A stretch of DNA of 64,000 nt from NCBI GenBank assembly GCA_963802735.1, contig CAWDJY010000017.1, positions 94,521-158,520 of the forward strand. Direction: 5' to 3'. Made by a program: the position numbers and the translations under genes. The notes under the pieces are model-generated. The model made no database searches. It was not told the origin of the DNA and worked only from the letters and a program-made list of their open reading frames with translations. This document shows, one piece after another, positions 58,988 through 64,000 of the stretch. Numbering within the stretch: the stretch's first letter is position 1; each line of letters begins with the position of its first letter. Source of the DNA: an uncultured Acidimicrobiaceae bacterium. Lineage in GTDB: Bacteria > Actinomycetota > Acidimicrobiia > Acidimicrobiales > RAAP-2.

Positions 58988-59503
58988 CTAGTTGATCCAG
59001 TATCGACGGCGCGGCGTTTCACCGTGGCCACCGGCGATCACCTCGTCGAGCACTCCCCCACACCGTTCGATCGCCGTGAACGATCCGACGTTGGTGTCCG
59101 AGCAGTAGAGCAGCACCGGATCGACGCCGGCGGCGCGCGCGATGACGAGTGCTTGGCGAAGGATCTCCGTGGCGTAGCCGCGCCGACGGTACTCGGGCAA
59201 CACGACGTAGCCGATATGGCCACCTTCGGTGGCGAAGAAGTCGTTCAGTTCGAATCGGATTGACGCGCGTCCCACTAGTTCGTCGCCGACAACGGCCGCG
59301 AGCTGGAGGGCGCGGACGCGGTACGTCGAGGGGTAGAGACCGAGGCGTTGGGTCTCGACGCGCTCGAGGAACTCGGTCCAGGACAACCCCGGCTCCATCC
59401 CGAGGAGGAACATGGAACCTTCGGCCTCGGCCATCTCGTCGGCGCGCCGCGCCGCTCCTTCGTCGTCCACGCGGTAGGGACGTAGTCGCAGATCCACGGT
59501 CAC
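58988..59503 (-). CDS. GNAT-family N-acetyltransferase
   Basis: VLPEYRRRGYATEILRQAL acetyl-CoA motif. Confidence 0.8.
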   Translation of the reverse strand: MTVDLRLRPYRVDDEGAARRADEMAEAEGSMFLLGMEPGLSWTEFLERVETQRLGLYPSTYRVRALQLAAVVGDELVGRASIRFELNDFFATEGGHIGYVVLPEYRRRGYATEILRQALVIARAAGVDPVLLYCSDTNVGSFTAIERCGGVLDEVIAGGHGETPRRRYWIN

Positions 59504-59551
59504 GACGATAACGGTGCGTGCGGCGTCGCCGCCGCGTCTACCAGGGATCGG

Positions 59552-60361
59552 CTACGGCGCCTCACGAGGGGTGACCGTGAAGTCGAACGGGACGGTTCCC
59601 GCGTCCACGAGTCGATGGCCGCCGTCGACGCTCACCGTGGCACCGTTGACGTAGCTGGCCAACGGGCCGAGGAGCCAGACGATGACTTGGGCGACCTCGT
59701 GGGCGAGGGCCGGACGCCCGAGCGGTACGAGACGGCTCAGTTCGCGGTAGGCCGACTCCACGTCCCCGCCGGTCGCCGCGCCGAAGGCCCTCATCTCACG
59801 ATCGGCCATCTCGGTGCGTGTCCAACCGGGATTGACGACGTTGCAGCGAACCGGACGCCCGCCGCGACCCTCTTCGACCGCGAGCACGTAGCCGAGCATG
59901 GCCATGCCGGCCTTGGACACGGCGTAGGCCGCGGCGCCGCTGGGCGCCCGATCGGCGGCGACCGAGGCCACCATGACGATCGATCCGCCGCTCGCGCGAA
60001 GCGCGGGGAGGAGTTGCCGCGTTACGTCGAAGGTGCCGGTGAGGTTAACGGCGATGGTCTCGTTCCACACTTCGAGCGTCGCCTCGCCGACCGTTCCCTC
60101 ATAGTTGACACCGGCCGCGTTGACCAGACCGACCAGCGGCGCGTCGAATGAAGCCACCCGCTCGCGCAGTCGCTCATTGTCGATCATCTTCGCGACGTCG
60201 CCCGCGAACGTCGCGCACCCGGTCGCCGCGGACACGCCCTTCAACGCCTCCGCTCTTCGCCCGGTCGCGAGCACCTCGTAGCCGACGTCGCGGAGTTGGG
60301 CGACCGTGGCCGCCCCGATCCCGGAGCCGCCACCCGTCACGACGACGAGTCCGTCGCTCAA
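59552..60361 (-). CDS. SDR-family oxidoreductase
   Basis: VTGGGSGIG and YAVSKAG motifs. Confidence 0.85.
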   Translation of the reverse strand: MSDGLVVVTGGGSGIGAATVAQLRDVGYEVLATGRRAEALKGVSAATGCATFAGDVAKMIDNERLRERVASFDAPLVGLVNAAGVNYEGTVGEATLEVWNETIAVNLTGTFDVTRQLLPALRASGGSIVMVASVAADRAPSGAAAYAVSKAGMAMLGYVLAVEEGRGGRPVRCNVVNPGWTRTEMADREMRAFGAATGGDVESAYRELSRLVPLGRPALAHEVAQVIVWLLGPLASYVNGATVSVDGGHRLVDAGTVPFDFTVTPREAP

Positions 60362-60364
60362 CGT

Positions 60365-61822
60365 CTACAGCGCCGTCTCGGTCAGCTGGTGCTGCAGGGC
60401 GTGGTTGCCCGCGGCTTCGACAGCCTCGGGATTGCGCACCATGTGATAGACGAGCCACAGGACGATGAGGACGATCCCGACCAGCGCGAGATTGCGGCCC
60501 TGCAACGCCGTGCCCGTCGGCGCGAGGCCGCTGATGAACTGAGCGGCGATGCCACCGGCCGAGATCGCGAACCCGAAGAGCGCGGGGATCGCGCCGCGAC
60601 CGAGCGTGCCGTTCGCGAGGAACATCTTGACCGCCGCGACGCACAGGACCGCGTAGATCAACGAGATCAGGAAGGACCCGAAGGCCGAGGCGATCAGGAA
60701 CATCCAGAAGGCGTCGAACGGCACGGCGACGTTGGTCGTCGAGTTGCTCCAGTTCCAGATCAGGCCGGCCAGCACCATCAAGATCACCATCAGCGCACTG
60801 ATGGACATGGTGCCCACGATGGGCACGCGGCGCGACGAGACCCTGGTGAACGGCTTGGGCAGCAGTTGGTCGCGCGACAAGGCGTAGAGACCTCGGGCGC
60901 ACGCCGCCGAGAAGCCGATGGCGATGCCGATGATGTCGAGCATGATCGCGATGCCGATCAGCGCGCTCAGCCAGCTCCCTACGTAGTGCGTCGCGATGGC
61001 CTGGAAGTCGAAGGGGATGTTCTTGGGTCCACCCGAGCCGATGGTGCCGACGTACTGCGTCACGACGTAGATGACGGCGGTGATGATGATCACCGTGAAG
61101 ATGGCGATCGGGATCGAACGCTTGGGCTTCGCGGTCTCCTCGCCGAGCACCGCGGCGAGTTCGAATCCGACGAACATGAGGATCGCGAACAGCAGGCCCT
61201 TGAAGACCGAACCACCCGCCGCGATGTGATCGGGTTCGAAGACCGAGAAGTGATTGCCCGAGACGCCACCCTTGTAGATGACGACGATCGACAAGATAAT
61301 GAACGGGATGATCGAAAGGGCGACCACGGTCAGTTGCGCACGCACCGAGAACGTGATGCCGAGCACGTTGATCACCGTGACGATGACGATGAGCGCGACG
61401 CCGAAAATCCACCACGGGACGTTCTGATGAAACTCCGTCTGCCAGAACGGGACCGCGGTGCTGCCGAACGCCATGGGCAGCCCGCCGACCAAGAACGCGT
61501 ACGCCAAGAAGTAGGCCGCCGCGCCGAAGATGGCCGCCTTCTTGCCCAACGTGTGCGCGAGGAACTCGTAGACCGCGCCGGCGCCGCTGTAGCGCTTGGC
61601 GAACTCACTGATCACGTAGCCGAGTCCGAGGATGCCCACCATGGTGAGGATGACGACGAACGGACCGACCCCACCGGCGAACGCGGCCAGTGCGCCACCG
61701 ATCACCGCGGCCGAGAAAATCGGTCCCACGGCCATGGACTGCGCCACGCAATCGGTCGTGGTCAGCGTCCCCGATCCTTGACCTAGCAGTACGCCGCCGT
61801 CGTTTTCCATCTTCTCCCCCAT
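60365..61822 (-). CDS. APC-family amino acid/polyamine permease
   Basis: 12-TM profile, typical N-terminal SMAVGPIFS region. Confidence 0.85.
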   Translation of the reverse strand: MGEKMENDGGVLLGQGSGTLTTTDCVAQSMAVGPIFSAAVIGGALAAFAGGVGPFVVILTMVGILGLGYVISEFAKRYSGAGAVYEFLAHTLGKKAAIFGAAAYFLAYAFLVGGLPMAFGSTAVPFWQTEFHQNVPWWIFGVALIVIVTVINVLGITFSVRAQLTVVALSIIPFIILSIVVIYKGGVSGNHFSVFEPDHIAAGGSVFKGLLFAILMFVGFELAAVLGEETAKPKRSIPIAIFTVIIITAVIYVVTQYVGTIGSGGPKNIPFDFQAIATHYVGSWLSALIGIAIMLDIIGIAIGFSAACARGLYALSRDQLLPKPFTRVSSRRVPIVGTMSISALMVILMVLAGLIWNWSNSTTNVAVPFDAFWMFLIASAFGSFLISLIYAVLCVAAVKMFLANGTLGRGAIPALFGFAISAGGIAAQFISGLAPTGTALQGRNLALVGIVLIVLWLVYHMVRNPEAVEAAGNHALQHQLTETAL

Positions 61823-61873
61823 CGATTGAACCGCTTAGTTGAGTGCCAACCGTAAGGACTCAAACGACTCTTG

Positions 61874-62791
61874 TCAAGTACTGGATGCGGTGGCGAGGAA
61901 CTCGACCACTCGTTCGCAGACGTTCACGACCTGATCACGCGCGTCGGTGAACATCGACGGCTTGAAGCAGATGGTCGTGTAGCCCAACGCCAACTGCTCG
62001 CGCACTCCCTCCAACGCGACGTCGAGTGGGGCCACGCTGTTCGCGTCCGCAAAACGCCCGCGTATCCCTCCGACCATCTCGATCTCGTCGCGGCTCCGAC
62101 CGACCGCGGCCAACGCGTCGTCCAATACTCGCAGTTCGTCGAGCGATGGACGACCGAGGGGATTGAAGCCCACGCCGTAGCTCGCCAGGCGTCGCGCCAC
62201 CGCCTCGTGCACGGTCGACCCGCCGAACCAGAGCGCCGGACCACCCGGCCGCGACGCCTTCGGTTCTACCCAGACCGCGTCGAAGTCGTAGTGGCGACCG
62301 TGGTGAGCGACCGGGGACGTTGTCCACACCTGGCGCCAAATCGCGAGTTGTTCGTCGAGTATCTCACCGCGTCGGTGGAAATCCACACCGAGGGCGGCGT
62401 ACTCGTCGCGGTGCCAACTGACCGTCGGCAGGACCGCGAGGCGGCCGTCACTCAACAGGTCCAGCGTGCCGAGGTCCTTCGCCGTCACCAGCGGATGACG
62501 AAGCGGTGAGACGATAGCGCCCAGCACGAGACGAAGCGTTGTCGTGCGCGACGCGATCGCGGCGAGCAGGACGTAGGGACTGGGCCACGGCGTGGCGGGA
62601 TCCTGATTGCCGGGCAAGGCGTAATCGCGGAGGTTGAGCGGTTCTCCGTGTTCGTTGGACGTGGGTCCGAGTACCACGTGATCGCTCACCATCACGCCGT
62701 CGACCCCCACGGACTCGGCCTGCACCGCGAGTTCGACGAGATCGCTCAGCGAGGGGTGCGGCTCCAGCGTCCAGTTCTCGGTGAGAACCAT
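61874..62791 (-). CDS. LLM-class (luciferase-like, probably F420-dependent) oxidoreductase
   Basis: Start trimmed to ATG 62791 (MVLTENWTLEPH...). AESVGVDGVMVSDHV motif. Confidence 0.8.
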   Translation of the reverse strand: MVLTENWTLEPHPSLSDLVELAVQAESVGVDGVMVSDHVVLGPTSNEHGEPLNLRDYALPGNQDPATPWPSPYVLLAAIASRTTTLRLVLGAIVSPLRHPLVTAKDLGTLDLLSDGRLAVLPTVSWHRDEYAALGVDFHRRGEILDEQLAIWRQVWTTSPVAHHGRHYDFDAVWVEPKASRPGGPALWFGGSTVHEAVARRLASYGVGFNPLGRPSLDELRVLDDALAAVGRSRDEIEMVGGIRGRFADANSVAPLDVALEGVREQLALGYTTICFKPSMFTDARDQVVNVCERVVEFLATASST

Positions 62792-62811
62792 CAACGCCCG
62801 TGCGGCGTCCA

Positions 62812-63546
62812 CTACCGCTTGCGGGCTAGATAGTCGCTGCTTCGTTCGACCAGCCAACGGAAGGTCGGATCGGGCTTGTCGAGAAGTTCCGGGTGCCACT
62901 GCACCGCCAGGACGTCGTGACCCGGGAGTTCGACGGCTTCGACGACGCCGTCGGTCGCCGTCGCCGACACGACCAGGTCGTTGCCGAGCAACGCCAGTGT
63001 CTGGTGGTGGAGCGAATTGACGCCGATGGTCGCCGGGTAGAGCGACGACAGCAGCGAACCGGGGACCACGTTCACCTCGTGCGTGCGTTCGTGACCGTCG
63101 GTGTCCCATTGGGGATGTCCGGCCCCGTCCTCGAGCTCGACGTGTTGGTTCAGGGTGCCGCCGTAGTAGACGTTGGCGAGCTGGGCGCCGCGACAGATCG
63201 CCAGGACCGGCATCTCCAGGCGGCGCGCCTCGCGAAAGAGCGCGAGCTCCCATTCGTCGCGGTCCGGTTCGATCGAGCCGAGGTTCTCGTCCGCGTGATG
63301 ACCGTAGCGATCAGGTTCGACGTCGGCGCCCCCACTGAGGATGAGACCGTCCAGTCGGGCGAGCACGCCCTCGACGTCGGCGTCGCGGGTCAGTTCGACC
63401 GGTAATCCCCCGGCCGCGGCGACCGACGCCGGGTAGTCCGAGAAGTGCAGGTCGAACTTGAGTTCGTACATGGCCTTGGGCACGTTGTTGGCGAGCGCCG
63501 AGGCCGGCCAGCGCCGCCCCGACATGCCGATCAGCGGTTTGGTCAT
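62812..63546 (-). CDS. Class I glutamine amidotransferase / gamma-glutamyl-GABA hydrolase-like (peptidase C26)
   Basis: ICRGAQLANV (Cys nucleophile) and QWHPE (His). Start trimmed to ATG 63546. Confidence 0.85.
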   Translation of the reverse strand: MTKPLIGMSGRRWPASALANNVPKAMYELKFDLHFSDYPASVAAAGGLPVELTRDADVEGVLARLDGLILSGGADVEPDRYGHHADENLGSIEPDRDEWELALFREARRLEMPVLAICRGAQLANVYYGGTLNQHVELEDGAGHPQWDTDGHERTHEVNVVPGSLLSSLYPATIGVNSLHHQTLALLGNDLVVSATATDGVVEAVELPGHDVLAVQWHPELLDKPDPTFRWLVERSSDYLARKR

Positions 63547-63634
63547 CTCTCCATAGTAGGAACCAATCGGCTCGGATGTCGAGCAATTTCGTTTGGCTAC
63601 GAACGAGTACCCTTTGAACAACGGAGGAGGTCTC

Positions 63635-64000
63635 ATGTCGCCCGACGCCACGGCCGTCGATATCACGTCACACGACACCTACGTCGGGGGCATCCCGCAC
63701 GAGGTCTTCACCCACCTGCGCGCCACCGATCCGGTGGCCTGGACCGACGAGACCGACGGGGGTCGAGGCTTCTGGAGTCTGACCAAGTACGACGACGTCC
63801 TCTACGCCAGTCGCCACACAGAACTGTTCTCCAGCCGCTTCGGCATCCGTATGGAGGACATGGACGCCGAGGAGACCGAGGCCCGGCGCACGATGATGGA
63901 GATGGACTCGCCCGAACACACCCGTCTGCGTCGGATCGTGGCCCGTCCCTTCACCCCGCGTGCCGTCGCCGACTACGAGAGCGCCGTGCGAGAACTCGCC
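63635..64000 (+). CDS. Cytochrome P450 (3' end truncated by window)
   Basis: SD GGAGGAGG followed by ATG. N-terminal region ...DPVAWTDE...FWSLTKYDDV...SPEHTRLRRIV is typical of actinobacterial P450s. Confidence 0.8.
   Translation, partial: MSPDATAVDITSHDTYVGGIPHEVFTHLRATDPVAWTDETDGGRGFWSLTKYDDVLYASRHTELFSSRFGIRMEDMDAEETEARRTMMEMDSPEHTRLRRIVARPFTPRAVADYESAVRELA

Noticed and set aside
62792-63253. N-terminal extension of the LLM oxidoreductase ORF (61874-63253)
   Set aside because: It overlaps the amidotransferase gene and is Arg/Pro/Gly-rich, low-complexity and artefact-like. ATG 62791 gives a canonical LLM N-terminus.

Overview
High-GC actinobacterial chromosome segment. The Pup-proteasome locus, F420 genes and gene order point to Actinomycetota; a guess at Acidimicrobiia is unverified. 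All product names come from motif recognition in the supplied translations; no database search was run.

Layout:
- (1) 1-31.8 kb is conserved core: gltBD, acyl-CoA ligase, LOG-family gene, fbiC, tal-tkt, trmI, ferredoxin, then the pupylation locus mpa-dop-pup-prcB-prcA-pafA, followed by lepB, tatA/B-like, tatC, helY, a double-length ThyX-like gene, DUF4193, an HtrA-like protease and an SDR.
- (2) 31.85-48.4 kb is an AT-richer accessory region. Sampled 60-nt lines are about 50% GC versus about 68% in the core. It holds a small secreted-protein islet, two crcB genes, a large serine recombinase, a frameshifted Rep_trans-type replication initiator and an HTH gene, then DUF2971 and YcxB-like genes.
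- From 38.1 to 48.4 kb this region carries the main finding: about 11 single-gene units, each bounded by the same co-oriented ~33-nt repeat, consensus GATyCGCCAsTCGGAGAwTGTG-NNN-GTCGGCCC. An inverted, in-frame copy of the repeat core forms the last 10 codons of the serine recombinase gene. I read this as an integron-like cassette array (or tandem site-specific accretion) that may be serviced by a serine rather than a tyrosine recombinase. This is inference, not demonstrated.
- (3) 48.5-64 kb is mixed core and accessory: DUF167, a large secreted repeat protein, MFS, a second lepB paralog, methyltransferase, CaCA and ArsB/NhaD transporters, cupin, GNAT, SDR, APC permease, LLM/F420 oxidoreductase, a glutamine amidotransferase and a 3'-truncated P450.

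No tRNA, rRNA or CRISPR array could be supported. Many long antisense ORFs in the track are GC-driven artefacts and are not reported.
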